Shown: positions 29,232 to 39,686 of the stretch, piece by piece
How positions within the stretch are numbered: the first letter of the stretch is position 1
How the letters are laid out: each line of letters starts with the position of its first letter
Source: Bacillota bacterium
GTDB taxonomy: Bacteria; Bacillota; Halanaerobiia; Halanaerobiales; DATFIM01
DNA length: 64,000 nucleotides
Direction: 5' to 3'
Assembly: GCA_051744805.1 (NCBI GenBank)
Contig: JBNJDK010000001.1
Coordinates: 32,572 to 96,571 of the forward strand
Position numbers and translations under genes: made by a program
Notes under the pieces: generated by a model
The model's database searches: none
What the model was told of the DNA's origin: nothing
The model's input: only the letters and a program-made list of their open reading frames with translations

Positions 29232-29276
29232 TTTTTACCCTCCTTTCACACAATAAAATCAAAATAAAATTATACT

Positions 29277-29870
29277 TTATTCTTCCCACCAGGGAGAAGA
29301 TAACAATCTATCCAATATAATAGATGCTGCACTTCTTACAGAAAGGTGATTAAAATCACCGCGTCCATAAACTGGATCTAATATATAATCACATCTATCC
29401 AGTGTTTCTTCGGTAAGTCCCCAGCCAGTGCCAAAAATCAATAAATATGGTCTATCTGATTCAAAAATTAAATCTCTCATTTTTGTATAGGATTTTGAGT
29501 TTGGAAATTCTTTGGCATCAGTAGCTACTAAAATTGCTTCTTTTCCTGTTTCATCTTTTATAGCTTTTAATGCATCACCGAGAGTATCCTCAATATTTAA
29601 CACTGAAAATGCTTCCTGACGATTTTCATTATAATCTGATCCAAAACCACTTGTCCAATAGTTCTGCATCCTTTTTACCAAAGCCTGCTGTGATTCAAGG
29701 TGATTTATTACAAAATATTTATTGATATCATATGTTTTTGCAGCTCTAGAAATATCATGCAAGTCAAGATTTGTTATTGTAGTTGTAATTTTTTCACCAT
29801 TCTTATTGTATATTGGATGATGAATTAAACCTAAATATACATTAGCATCAAGTCTGCTCATTATGTTCAC
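29277..29870 (-). CDS. Predicted SPOUT-like SAM-dependent RNA methyltransferase (Methyltrn_RNA_4/DUF2168-like)
   Basis: 197 aa. [38 protein letters not shown] matches my recollection of that family. It overlaps the trmD 3' end. Confidence 0.55.
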   Translation of the reverse strand: MNIMSRLDANVYLGLIHHPIYNKNGEKITTTITNLDLHDISRAAKTYDINKYFVINHLESQQALVKRMQNYWTSGFGSDYNENRQEAFSVLNIEDTLGDALKAIKDETGKEAILVATDAKEFPNSKSYTKMRDLIFESDRPYLLIFGTGWGLTEETLDRCDYILDPVYGRGDFNHLSVRSAASIILDRLLSSPWWEE

Positions 29871-30606
29871 CCTTTATTTCTTGCTTAACTTCTTCTAATA
29901 ATTTTTTTTCTTTTTCAGAAAGTTTCTTTTTTTCTATAAGATCAGGTCTTCGCAGCAAAGTTCTTTTTAAAGCTTTTTTTAATCGCCATCGTTTTATCCT
30001 GGCATGGTGACCACTTAACAAAACATCTGGGACTTTCATATTTTTAAATTCTCTCGGTCTTGTATAATGAGGATGTTCTAAAAGTCCTTCATAAAAAGAA
30101 TCTTTTTTACTTGAATCTTCATCTCCTAAAACATCATCTACCAGTCGGGAAACTGCATCAACTATTACCATAGCTGGAATTTCTCCACCGGTTAACACAT
30201 AATCTCCAATAGAAATTTCTTCATCAATAATACTTTTTCGTACTCTTTCATCTACTCCTTCATAATGACCACAAATCAATGTGAGATTATTATAGGAACT
30301 TAATTCTTTTACCTTATCTTGATTGAGAGTTTTTCCCTGTGGAGATAATAATATAGTGTGAACTTTTTCCTTTTTTTCTTTATTGACATTTTTCCAGGCT
30401 TTATAAATAGGGTTTATTTTTAGAACCATTCCAGCTCCTCCGCCATAAGGAGGTTCATCAGTTGTATGATGTTTATCTTCAGTATAATCTCGTATATTGG
30501 TAATATTTATATTAATTAAATTTTTTTCTCTAGCCCGAGATAAAATACTTGTTGAAAATGGCCCCTCAAACATCTCCGGGAAAAGAGTAAGAATATCAAA
30601 ATTCAT
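29848..30606 (-). CDS. trmD: tRNA (guanine37-N1)-methyltransferase
   Basis: [20 protein letters not shown] and [10 protein letters not shown] motifs. Confidence 0.97.
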   Translation of the reverse strand: MNFDILTLFPEMFEGPFSTSILSRAREKNLININITNIRDYTEDKHHTTDEPPYGGGAGMVLKINPIYKAWKNVNKEKKEKVHTILLSPQGKTLNQDKVKELSSYNNLTLICGHYEGVDERVRKSIIDEEISIGDYVLTGGEIPAMVIVDAVSRLVDDVLGDEDSSKKDSFYEGLLEHPHYTRPREFKNMKVPDVLLSGHHARIKRWRLKKALKRTLLRRPDLIEKKKLSEKEKKLLEEVKQEIKGEHNEQT

Positions 30607-30645
30607 TATTTCACTCCTATATTAAAATAAAATTGAAATTACTTA

Positions 30646-31158
30646 TTAAAGATCTAATAGTCCTGGAATAGGATCAACTATCATTAATTTGTTTTCTTCA
30701 TCTATTTCTATAATTATTTCCTTAGTAGCTGGAATCATATATTTTTTCTTTTTACCTTTTATTATGAAAATATCAGTTCCACCAGTATCCTGGACTTTTT
30801 CTAAAACTCCTAGTTCTTTTCCCTTATTGGTTTTAACCTTAAACCCAATAATTTCATCAATATAATATTCATCTTTTTTGAGAGGAACCATTAATTCACG
30901 AGGAATTTTAAGGTAATAATCTTTTAATTCTAAAGCTTTCCCAATATCATTTATATCAGTAAATTTAATTGCAATATATTTACCATTATGGATTCGAACA
31001 GTTTCTATCTCTTTTTCAATAATTTCCTCATCTTTTTCTAAAAATACTTTATCAAGAAATTCAAATCTTTTTGGAAAATCAGTTAAAGGAAAAACCCTAA
31101 CTTCTCCTTTGTTTCCCTGGTTCTTTATTATCTGTCCGATTGTAACTAATTCCTCCAT
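30646..31158 (-). CDS. rimM: 16S rRNA processing protein RimM
   Basis: 170 aa, GQIIKNQGNKGEVRV, PRC-barrel C-terminus, conserved rpsP-rimM-trmD context. Confidence 0.9.
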   Translation of the reverse strand: MEELVTIGQIIKNQGNKGEVRVFPLTDFPKRFEFLDKVFLEKDEEIIEKEIETVRIHNGKYIAIKFTDINDIGKALELKDYYLKIPRELMVPLKKDEYYIDEIIGFKVKTNKGKELGVLEKVQDTGGTDIFIIKGKKKKYMIPATKEIIIEIDEENKLMIVDPIPGLLDL

Positions 31159-31181
31159 AAAATCACCGGCTTTCTCAAAAT

Positions 31182-31412
31182 TTACTGAATATCAACTATA
31201 ACTTTTTTACCTTCTTTAGTTGCAGCTGCTTTAACTACAGTGCGAATAGCACGGGCAATTCTACCCTGTTTTCCAATTACTTTTCCCATATCATCATCTG
31301 CTACACTTAATTCAAGTATTACAGATTTTTCTCCTTCAACTTTATTAACATGAACTTTTTCAGGTTCATCTACAATAGCTTTTGCTATATTAGTTACTAA
31401 TTCTTTCATCAA
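31182..31412 (-). CDS. khpA: KH-domain RNA-binding protein (YlqC/KhpA)
   Basis: 76 aa with the GKVIGKQGRIARAIRTV KH motif. Confidence 0.9.
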   Translation of the reverse strand: MMKELVTNIAKAIVDEPEKVHVNKVEGEKSVILELSVADDDMGKVIGKQGRIARAIRTVVKAAATKEGKKVIVDIQ

Positions 31413-31429
31413 AACTTAACCCCCTTTTT

Positions 31430-31693
31430 TTAGGAAGACTGATCGTGAAATTTAGACATAACACCTGCTTCTTTAAGTAGACTTTTTACAGTACTTGAAG
31501 GTTTTGCACCATTATTTAACCATTTCAATGCTTTTTCCTCATCTATCTCATACTCAGCAGGTTCAGCTGTTGGATTATAATATCCTAACTCTTCAATAAA
31601 TTGTCCTGTAGGCGCATTTCTTGAATCAGATACAATCAAACGATATGAAGCATTTCTTTTACTTCCAAATCTTTTTAATCTAATTTTTACCAT
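31430..31693 (-). CDS. rpsP: 30S ribosomal protein S16
   Basis: [24 protein letters not shown] 31693 follows AGGAGGTG; the track starts at GTG 31702. Confidence 0.95.
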   Translation of the reverse strand: MVKIRLKRFGSKRNASYRLIVSDSRNAPTGQFIEELGYYNPTAEPAEYEIDEEKALKWLNNGAKPSSTVKSLLKEAGVMSKFHDQSS

Positions 31694-31729
31694 TATATTC
31701 ACCTCCTTTTAAAAGATATCAATTATTAT

Positions 31730-33073
31730 TTACCCAAAGAATGGTAAGTTCATTCCTCCCATTCCTCCAGGTTTTTTGCCATTGTTTAGCTGTTTCATCA
31801 TTTTCTTAGTCTGTTTAAATTGTTTTAAGAGTCTATTTACTTCCTGAACTTTTCTTCCACTACCCTGAGCAATTCTTTTTCTTCTACTTCCATTTATAAT
31901 AGAAGGATCTAATTTTTCCTCCTTAGTCATAGAATTAATTATTGCTTCAATATGGTCTAATTCTTTTTCATCAAATTGCATATTTTTTAATTGTTTGGCT
32001 CCACCCATTCCAGGCATCATACCCAGAACTTCATCAAGTGGTCCCATATTTCTTACCTGATCCATTTGATCCAAAAAATCATCTAAGGTAAAACTATTAT
32101 TTCTAATTTTTTCTTCAAGTTCTTCTGCTTTTTTCTCATCTATATTTTTTTCTGCTTTTTCAATTAAACTTAATACATCTCCCATTCCTAAAATACGGGA
32201 AGACATCCTTTCGGGATAAAAAGGCTCCATATCAGCTAATTTTTCACCAGTACCAACAAATTTAATTGGTTTACCTGTAACAGCTTTTATAGAAAGAGCA
32301 GCTCCACCACGAGCATCACCATCTAGTTTTGTTAAGGCTACTCCATCTATCCCTAAAACATCATCAAAATTTTCAGCAACATTAACGGCATCCTGACCGG
32401 TCATTGCATCAACTACTAATAAAATTTCATCAGGATTAATTGCTGACTTAATTTCTTTTAATTCGTCCATCATTTCTTCATCTATATGAAGTCTACCTGC
32501 AGTATCAAATATTACAACATCATTACCTTTTGAATTAGCTGCACTTATTGCACCTTTTGCTATATCACTGGGTTCCTTTTTATCTCCCATGCTAAAAACA
32601 GGAACTTCAAGTCTATCACCTAAGACCTGTAACTGTTTAATAGCAGCCGGTCTATAAATATCACCTGCAGCTAATAAAGGTTGTTTCCCATCATTTTTAA
32701 AATTTCTAGCAAGTTTACCTGCAAAAGTAGTTTTACCTGCTCCCTGTAAACCAACAAGCATTATAGTAGTTGGAGGATTATCTGAAAGATTAATTTCAGT
32801 TCTAGATCCGCCCATTAAATCAGAAAGTTCATCATTTACAATCTTTATAACCTGTTGAGCAGGTGTCAAGCTTTCCATAACTTCACTACCAACTGCTCTT
32901 TCTTCTATTCTTTTTATAAAGTTTTTTACAACTTTATAATTTACATCAGCCTCCAAAAGTGCCATTTTAACTTCTCTAAGAGCACTTTTAACATCTTTTT
33001 CATTTAGTTTACCTTTGCCGCTTAATTTTTTAAAAGTATCCTGGAGTTTTTCAGCTAAACCTTCAAAAATCAT
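31730..33073 (-). CDS. ffh: Signal recognition particle protein Ffh
   Basis: 447 aa with an NG domain (GLQGAGKTT, DTAGR, TKLDG) and a Met-rich M domain. Confidence 0.97.
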   Translation of the reverse strand: MIFEGLAEKLQDTFKKLSGKGKLNEKDVKSALREVKMALLEADVNYKVVKNFIKRIEERAVGSEVMESLTPAQQVIKIVNDELSDLMGGSRTEINLSDNPPTTIMLVGLQGAGKTTFAGKLARNFKNDGKQPLLAAGDIYRPAAIKQLQVLGDRLEVPVFSMGDKKEPSDIAKGAISAANSKGNDVVIFDTAGRLHIDEEMMDELKEIKSAINPDEILLVVDAMTGQDAVNVAENFDDVLGIDGVALTKLDGDARGGAALSIKAVTGKPIKFVGTGEKLADMEPFYPERMSSRILGMGDVLSLIEKAEKNIDEKKAEELEEKIRNNSFTLDDFLDQMDQVRNMGPLDEVLGMMPGMGGAKQLKNMQFDEKELDHIEAIINSMTKEEKLDPSIINGSRRKRIAQGSGRKVQEVNRLLKQFKQTKKMMKQLNNGKKPGGMGGMNLPFFG

Positions 33074-33088
33074 TAATTAACACCCCTT

Positions 33089-33430
33089 TTATAGGAAATT
33101 TTTCAAATTACTAATTCTTTCTTTCAAATTAATTTTTTTTCTTTCTGTTAATTCTAACTCATCTATTTCTGTTATTAAATCATCAATTTCGTCTTTAAAT
33201 TTATTATATCTATTAATAAGCCCAATTTTTTCTTCATAGTCTCGTAAAATATCCTCACCACGGTGCAGATGATCATATACACCCTGACGACTTATATTAA
33301 GTTTGTCCGAAATTTCAGCAAGAGAAAGATCATGATAATAATACAGTTTCATTGCTTCCTGTTGCTTGTCAGTAAGAAGTTCTCCATAATAGTCAAATAA
33401 AAGATTAATCTCAATTGTTTTCTTTAACAA
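33089..33430 (-). CDS. ylxM: YlxM-family putative DNA-binding protein
   Basis: 113 aa with LFDYYGELLTDKQQEAMKLYYYHDLSLAEI. It lies upstream of ffh, as in Firmicutes. Confidence 0.9.
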   Translation of the reverse strand: MLKKTIEINLLFDYYGELLTDKQQEAMKLYYYHDLSLAEISDKLNISRQGVYDHLHRGEDILRDYEEKIGLINRYNKFKDEIDDLITEIDELELTERKKINLKERISNLKNFL

Positions 33431-33474
33431 AAAAAATCACCTGCAGTGTTAAGTATTTTAACTTTACAGATGAT

Positions 33475-33503
33475 AGTATAACTTATTTTAGGCAGTCTGT
33501 CAA
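33475..33503 (-). promoter_or_regulatory. Sigma-70-type promoter for ylxM-ffh
   Basis: TTGACA, 17 nt, TATACT on the minus strand. Confidence 0.55.
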
Positions 33504-33539
33504 GGGTTAATCAAATTTTCATAATATTATAACTTACTA

Positions 33540-34496
33540 CTATTCTGCAAAAAGTGCTTCCACAAATTCTTCAGGATTAAAATTTTGTAAATCTTCAGCT
33601 GCTTCTCCCACTCCAATCAATTTTATAGGAATTCCTAATTCATTTTTTACAGCAACTACAATTCCACCTTTAGCTGTTCCATCAAGTTTAGTTAAAGCTA
33701 TTCCATCTACATCAACAGACTCATTAAATAATTTTGCTTGAGAAATAGCATTTTGTCCATTTGTAGCATCTAAAACTAATAAAACCTCAACCGGTATATT
33801 TTCACCAGCTTCTTTTCCAATAACATTTCTAACTTTCTGTAGTTCTTTCATTAAATTCTTTTGAGTATGCAATCTCCCGGCAGTATCTACAATCAATAGA
33901 TCCATATCTTTAGCTTTAGCTGATTGTACTGCATCATAGGCTACAGCAGCAGAATCAGAACCTTCAGATTGAGCGATAACCTTTACTCCCAATCTATCTC
34001 CCCAAACTTGAAGTTGATCTATTGCTCCAGCACGAAAAGTATCACCTGCAGCTAACATCACATCTTTTCCTTTTTCCTTAAATCTTTTTGCAATTTTAGC
34101 AATAGTGGTTGTTTTACCGGAGCCATTAACTCCTACTACCATTATAATATTTAACCCATCATTCAATTCTAATTTTCCTTCTTCATCCTGTAGCATATCT
34201 GCCAATTCATCTTTAAAAATTTCATATAATTCAGAAGGGGTTTCAAGCTCTTTTTTATCTACAATATATTTAAGATCATCTATCAATTCCATAGTAGTAT
34301 GGATCCCTACATCAGCCTGAATTAATAATTCTTCAAGTTCTTCAAAAAAATCATCATCTAAAGCACCATCTCCTGTAAAAAGACCTGTTACTTTATCAAC
34401 AAAATTACTTCTAGTTTTATCCAGACCTTTTTTTAATCTTGCAAAAAAACCTTGATTTTTTTCTTCTTTTTCTTTTTTATTACTTTTAAATAACAT
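33540..34496 (-). CDS. ftsY: SRP receptor FtsY
   Basis: 318 aa with GVNGSGKTTT, DTAGRL and TKLDGTAKGG. Confidence 0.97.
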   Translation of the reverse strand: MLFKSNKKEKEEKNQGFFARLKKGLDKTRSNFVDKVTGLFTGDGALDDDFFEELEELLIQADVGIHTTMELIDDLKYIVDKKELETPSELYEIFKDELADMLQDEEGKLELNDGLNIIMVVGVNGSGKTTTIAKIAKRFKEKGKDVMLAAGDTFRAGAIDQLQVWGDRLGVKVIAQSEGSDSAAVAYDAVQSAKAKDMDLLIVDTAGRLHTQKNLMKELQKVRNVIGKEAGENIPVEVLLVLDATNGQNAISQAKLFNESVDVDGIALTKLDGTAKGGIVVAVKNELGIPIKLIGVGEAAEDLQNFNPEEFVEALFAE

Positions 34497-34540
34497 ATTC
34501 TACCTCCCAATATAACAAAATTATTTCTTATTTAAACTAA

Positions 34541-35680
34541 TTAATCGAGTTCTACCTGTTTACAAAGGTCTGTAAACTCTTGAGCTATTTTATATCTTCT
34601 CTTTCTTATTTTAAGCTCTTCCTCAGGAGTTTCAGCTTCAAAAAATTTCTGTTCTAAATCTTCATTTTCATCTGCAAGATTACATAATCTATCACAAAGC
34701 TCTATTACAGAAACTCCTCGTATTTTCCCTTTTTTATTATGCCCAATAGCCATAATAGGTCTTCCCCACATCCCCGGGCCAGCCATTGCATCACTCATAT
34801 GCATAACACCTGTACCCCCAGGATGAGTATGAACAATTGTAGTATTTGTAGGAATAATTTCAGTATAAGCTTCTCTTAATGATATATCACTAATATCATA
34901 ATAACTGGAAGCAAGCAATCTCGGTGGAATATAACCCATTCCTCCTACAACTAAGTCACTTGCTTGCACTACATGACCATTTTCTTTTATTTCACCAAAA
35001 GCTGCTACTTCACGTCCCTGTTCAATATTAATAGATTTATCAACAAGTTTTTGGGCAAATTTTTCATCAATACTTTTAACATCAATCCGGGGTATTTCCC
35101 AGCATTTTTCTTTATGAAAAGTTTCCTTATAATTTTCTTTTTCTAGAGAAACAATTGGTAATTCTCCAGATATATGAAGATATTTTAACTTAATTTGTGT
35201 AGAAATCTTTAAGGCCTCTCTTTCAGCTTCCATAGACATAGCTGTTAAAGAATCCAATTGTGCTTTTTCAGATTTAGTAGCCAGATTAAAATTCTTCTTT
35301 TCAGGATATAATATTCCTACTCCAACTGCTGAACCATTTTTTACTCCAACTTTTACAACTGGTAAATTAAAAATATTAATTCCACCAGTATTTACAATAA
35401 TACCTGATTCACCAGGATCAGTAGAAATAATAACTGCATTCTCAGGTAATTGATTTATCATTTCTAATAAGGAACAGTAATTTTTTTGGGATATTTCTGA
35501 AAGTAATAACCTATAAGGCAAACCTGAAAGTCCACCATTAATAATTTTATTATAACTGGAAATATATCCTTTTTCATCGAGATAGGCAATAGTCCCCACT
35601 GAACGACCTTCCCCTAATTCATTACTTCTCTCTACTAGTCTATTAACAATTTCCTCAGCTATTCCTTTTACCTCCTGCAA
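34541..35680 (-). CDS. Uncharacterised protein with an internally duplicated domain; the C-terminal copy carries an HTHP(x9)SD motif
   Basis: 379 aa, TTG start after GGGGTG. The N half (..NGGLSGLPYRLL..AVIISTDPGESG..) aligns to the C half (..VGGMGYIPPRLL..TTIVHTHPGGTG..). I recognise no family. Confidence 0.6.
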   Translation of the reverse strand: MQEVKGIAEEIVNRLVERSNELGEGRSVGTIAYLDEKGYISSYNKIINGGLSGLPYRLLLSEISQKNYCSLLEMINQLPENAVIISTDPGESGIIVNTGGINIFNLPVVKVGVKNGSAVGVGILYPEKKNFNLATKSEKAQLDSLTAMSMEAEREALKISTQIKLKYLHISGELPIVSLEKENYKETFHKEKCWEIPRIDVKSIDEKFAQKLVDKSINIEQGREVAAFGEIKENGHVVQASDLVVGGMGYIPPRLLASSYYDISDISLREAYTEIIPTNTTIVHTHPGGTGVMHMSDAMAGPGMWGRPIMAIGHNKKGKIRGVSVIELCDRLCNLADENEDLEQKFFEAETPEEELKIRKRRYKIAQEFTDLCKQVELD

Positions 35681-35722
35681 ACTATAACACCCCTATCTAA
35701 TTTAATTCATCTCAAATAAAAT

Positions 35723-38700
35723 TTACACTAATATTTCTTCTTCATTTAAACGTAATGATATCAATTTTGAAATACCTGACTCTTCCATTGTTACACCATA
35801 AATGGTATCTACTTCAGTCATCATTTGTTTACTATGAGTTACTAATACAAATTGAGCAATATTAGAATATTCTTGAAGATAATCAGCAAAACGAGCAACG
35901 TTTGCATCATCTAAAGGAGCATCAATTTCATCAAGAATATAAAACGGACTTGGATTCACCTGTAAAAATGCAAATACAAGAGCTATTGCAGTTAATGCTC
36001 TTTCTCCACCTGATAAAAGAGAAAGTTTTTTTAGTTTTTTACCTGGAGGTTGGGCATTAATTTCAACTCCAGTATTTAAAAGGTCATCTTTATTAACTAA
36101 AATTAGTTCTGCAAAACCTCCACCAAATAATTTTTGGAATATATTCTCAAACCTTTCTTTTACTTCCAAAAATGTTTTATGAAAAAGTTCACCCATCGTT
36201 TCTTCTATATCTGTAATAACTTCAACAATAGATTTTTTGGCCTTTCTAAGGTCTTCACTTTGATCTCTTAAATATTCAAGACGGTCCTTCAATTCTTCAT
36301 ATTCTTCAACTGCACCTAAATTGACTGGTTCTAATTTTTTTAATGTTCTTTTTAATTCACTAATTTTTTCTTTGGCATTTTTTAATTTTTTAGAATCTAA
36401 ATTATAATCAAGCTCTTCTTTTACACTTATATCATACTCTTCATTTAATCTTTCTTTTATTCTATCTAATTTATTATTTAATTTAGTAATTTGTAATTCT
36501 AATTTATGTGATTTATCTTTACTTTTGCTAAGTTTTTGCTGGATACTTTCCAGTTTTTCTTCATAATCTTTTAATGCTTTTCTTTCCTTTTTTAATTTAT
36601 CTTCTAAGTTTTTATATTTATTTTTTAGTTTATCTGCTTTTTTAGTAAATTCTATATTATCATTTTCTAAATTATTTTTTTTATTTTTAAGTTCTTCTAA
36701 TTTATTTTTTATCTCTTTTATTCTAGTTTCAGATTCAGATTTTTTATTAATTGTTTTTTCAATTCTTTTAGTAATATCCTCTTTTTCATTAGTAATCGCT
36801 TCTTTATTTTGTTTTATTTCTGCTAAATTAACTTTTTTATCAGTTAATATATTTCTAATATCTTCAAGTTTTTCTTCTTCTATTTTTAATTCTTTTTCTT
36901 CATCTTTTATTAAATCCTGTTTTTTATAATTACCTTCATTAACCAATTTCAATTTATCTTTTATGTCACTTTTTTCAGTTTTTAACTTTTGAGTCATTTT
37001 TTTAGATGATTTAATTTTTTTATTTAAATTTTCTTTTTGATTTTCCAGTCTAACTTGATATTCCTGCGTAGCTGTTATTTCACTTTTTATATCATTTAAT
37101 TTTAATTCTATTTCATGATAATTGTTTTTTTCATCTTGAATCTTTTCTTTTATATTTTTATACTTATCTTTAAGTTTTATTCCTCTTTCAGAAATTTTTT
37201 CAATCTCCTCTTTTAGCTTATTAACTTCTTTTTTTAACTTATCTATCTTCCTACTTCTTCCCAATAAATTATTTTTATTATTAGATGAACTGCCACCACT
37301 CATTGCACCACCAGGAAAAACAATATTTCCTGAAAGCGTTACTATTTTTATTTTGCTATTCATTTCTTTAGAAATTTCTACTGCATTATCCATATTATTT
37401 GCAATTATTACTCTTCCAAGTAAATTTTCCATTACATTTTTGAGATCAGAATCATAAGAAATTAATTCTGAAGCAAGTCCCAAAAATCCAGTCATTTTTC
37501 TGATTTTTTCGTCTAAATAATATTTATTTCCCTTAACCATATTTAAAGGGAGAAAAGTAGCTCTTCCCTTTTTATTTTTCTTTAAAAATTTTATACACTT
37601 TTTAGCAATTTTATCATTACTCACAACTATATTTTGTAGCTTAGCCCCTAAAGAAGTTTCAATTGCCTTTTCATATTTTTTATTTGTATCAATTAAATCA
37701 GCAATTACTCCTCTGATACCTTTAAAATTATTTTTTTCTTTTAATATATTTTTTACACCCTGATAATATCCATTATAATTATTTTCCATATCTTCTAGAA
37801 ATTCTAATTTGGAATTTTTACTACTTATTTCATTTTTCTTATCATTATAGTCTTCAGTTAATTCATCTAATTTTTCACTAATTTCTTCTTTTTCCTTTTT
37901 TCTTTTTTCTATCAATATATTCTTTTTTTCTAATTTATCCAAAATATTATCTTTTTTATTTGATAATTTATTTACTTTATTTTTTAATTTATTTAATTCC
38001 TCAGTCAAACTCCTTTTTTCTTCTTTCATTTCAATTATTTTATTTTCAGTTGATTTTATCTTTTCCTTTAATTTCTCATTTTCTCGATCTAAATTTCTTA
38101 ATTCTCCATTTTCATCAAGAAGGTTATTTCTTAATTTATTTATTTTTTCTTTTTTGTTTTCAACAATATTTTTTCTTTTATTAAATAATTCTTTTTTACT
38201 TTCTACTTCTTTTTCAATTTTATTATAATTTCTCTCTATTTTTTTTATTTTATCTTTTATTTCATATTTTTTATTTTCTAATTCATCAAGTTCATGATTA
38301 AGATTTTCTATCCTTTTTTTCTGGTTATTTTTTTCCCGTTTTAAATTTCTTTTTCTTTCATCTAAAATCTTTAAATTATTATTTATTTCTTCAATCTTAG
38401 CCTTCATTTTATGAAATGTTTCCCTTTTTTCTTCATAATCATTTTGTATATTTTCCACTACTTCTCTTTTGTTTTGAACAGTATTAGAAATCCTATTTTT
38501 TTCTTTTTCTTTTATCTTAATTCTTTTTTCAATATCTGTTCTTTCTTTCTTATTATTACTTAATTTTTCCCTATTTTCATTCCATCTATTCATTAAATAA
38601 GTCGTTTCAATTTCCTTTAATTCATTATAAATTCGCTTATATTTTTCAGCTTTTTCAGCTGAATTTTTCATAGATTTTACCTGCTTTTCTAATTCACTAA

Positions 38701-39283
38701 TTAAATCTTCTACTCTGTTTAAATTTTTATTAGTTTTTTCCAATCTTCTTTCTGCTTCTTCTTTTCGAACTTTATGTTTACTTATACCTGCAGCTTCCTC
38801 AAAAAGTTCTCGTAATTTTTCAGGTCTACTATTAATTATTGAATCAATTTTACCCTGGCCAATTATAGAATATGTATCATTACCTAACCCAGTGTCAAGT
38901 ATTAGATCTTTTATATCTTTTAATCTGCAGACTGATCCATTTAAAAGATAATCACTTTCTCCTTCATTATTAACTTTTCTCCCTATCCTAACTTCATCTT
39001 TATCAATATCTAAAACTCTATCTTTATTATTCAAATATAGAGTAACACTTGCTTTATTTAATGCTTTTTTGTCTTCACTACCGGCAAATATTATATCTGA
39101 CATTCTACTTCCTCTTAAAGTTTTAGCACTTTGTTCTCCAAGTACCCAACGAACTGCATCCACAATATTACTTTTACCACTACCATTAGGTCCAACAATC
39201 GCTGTTAAAGGAGATTCAAAACTTATAGTTGTCTTTTGAGCAAAAGATTTAAAGCCTTTTATTTCTATCTTCTTTAAAAACAT
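35723..39283 (-). CDS. smc: Chromosome partition protein Smc
   Basis: 1186 aa with Walker A GPNGSGKSN, a long K/E-rich coiled coil, a hinge, the LSGGE signature and Walker B ILDEIDAPLD. Confidence 0.97.
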   Translation of the reverse strand: MFLKKIEIKGFKSFAQKTTISFESPLTAIVGPNGSGKSNIVDAVRWVLGEQSAKTLRGSRMSDIIFAGSEDKKALNKASVTLYLNNKDRVLDIDKDEVRIGRKVNNEGESDYLLNGSVCRLKDIKDLILDTGLGNDTYSIIGQGKIDSIINSRPEKLRELFEEAAGISKHKVRKEEAERRLEKTNKNLNRVEDLISELEKQVKSMKNSAEKAEKYKRIYNELKEIETTYLMNRWNENREKLSNNKKERTDIEKRIKIKEKEKNRISNTVQNKREVVENIQNDYEEKRETFHKMKAKIEEINNNLKILDERKRNLKREKNNQKKRIENLNHELDELENKKYEIKDKIKKIERNYNKIEKEVESKKELFNKRKNIVENKKEKINKLRNNLLDENGELRNLDRENEKLKEKIKSTENKIIEMKEEKRSLTEELNKLKNKVNKLSNKKDNILDKLEKKNILIEKRKKEKEEISEKLDELTEDYNDKKNEISSKNSKLEFLEDMENNYNGYYQGVKNILKEKNNFKGIRGVIADLIDTNKKYEKAIETSLGAKLQNIVVSNDKIAKKCIKFLKKNKKGRATFLPLNMVKGNKYYLDEKIRKMTGFLGLASELISYDSDLKNVMENLLGRVIIANNMDNAVEISKEMNSKIKIVTLSGNIVFPGGAMSGGSSSNNKNNLLGRSRKIDKLKKEVNKLKEEIEKISERGIKLKDKYKNIKEKIQDEKNNYHEIELKLNDIKSEITATQEYQVRLENQKENLNKKIKSSKKMTQKLKTEKSDIKDKLKLVNEGNYKKQDLIKDEEKELKIEEEKLEDIRNILTDKKVNLAEIKQNKEAITNEKEDITKRIEKTINKKSESETRIKEIKNKLEELKNKKNNLENDNIEFTKKADKLKNKYKNLEDKLKKERKALKDYEEKLESIQQKLSKSKDKSHKLELQITKLNNKLDRIKERLNEEYDISVKEELDYNLDSKKLKNAKEKISELKRTLKKLEPVNLGAVEEYEELKDRLEYLRDQSEDLRKAKKSIVEVITDIEETMGELFHKTFLEVKERFENIFQKLFGGGFAELILVNKDDLLNTGVEINAQPPGKKLKKLSLLSGGERALTAIALVFAFLQVNPSPFYILDEIDAPLDDANVARFADYLQEYSNIAQFVLVTHSKQMMTEVDTIYGVTMEESGISKLISLRLNEEEILV

Positions 39284-39362
39284 ATATTTCCTCCACCTTA
39301 TTCAACATTAATTACCTCTATCTATAATATTTTATCACATATCAACTAAAAAACAAGAGAAA

Positions 39363-39386
39363 AACCTATCCAGTTAAGGATAGGTT
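39363..39386 (-). terminator. Rho-independent terminator after spoVS
   Basis: AACCTATCC-agttaa-GGATAGGTT, followed on the minus strand by a U-rich tract (TTTCTCTTGTTTTT). Confidence 0.7.
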
Positions 39387-39425
39387 AAAATCATCACTAA
39401 ATTTTAAGTATAATCTTCTGGAATG

Positions 39426-39686
39426 TTATCTTGGTTCTACAACAAATCTTATGGCTGTACGTTCTTCATCTTCAATTTCAATTTCTGTAAAAGCAGGAAT
39501 CATTATAAGGTCCATGCCATTAGGTGCAACATAGCCTCTAGAAATAGCAATCGCTTTAACAGCCTGATTTACTGCTCCAGCTCCAATAGCCTGAATTTCT
39601 GCTTTCTTTTCCTCACGAAGTACTGCAGCTAAAGCTCCTGCAACTGATTTAGGATCTGAATTTGATGAAACCTTTAATACTTCCAT
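39426..39686 (-). CDS. spoVS: SpoVS-family protein
   Basis: 86 aa. MEVLKVSSNSDPKSVAGALAAVLRE...AIGAGAVNQAVKAIAI is highly similar to stage V sporulation protein S. Confidence 0.9.
   Translation of the reverse strand: MEVLKVSSNSDPKSVAGALAAVLREEKKAEIQAIGAGAVNQAVKAIAISRGYVAPNGMDLIMIPAFTEIEIEDEERTAIRFVVEPR

Noticed and set aside
29232-29276. A possible L19 leader or other ribosomal-protein leader RNAs in the rplS/rpsP region.
   Set aside because: The intergenic spacers are only about 20-45 nt and contain just RBS sequences. There is no room for the known leader structures.
35723-39283. Highly repetitive A/T- and AAG/GAA-rich nucleotide stretches that could look like tandem repeats or a low-complexity island.
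   Set aside because: They encode the K/E-rich coiled-coil arms of Smc. There is one continuous ORF with canonical head, hinge and tail motifs. This is not a repeat element or a CRISPR array.
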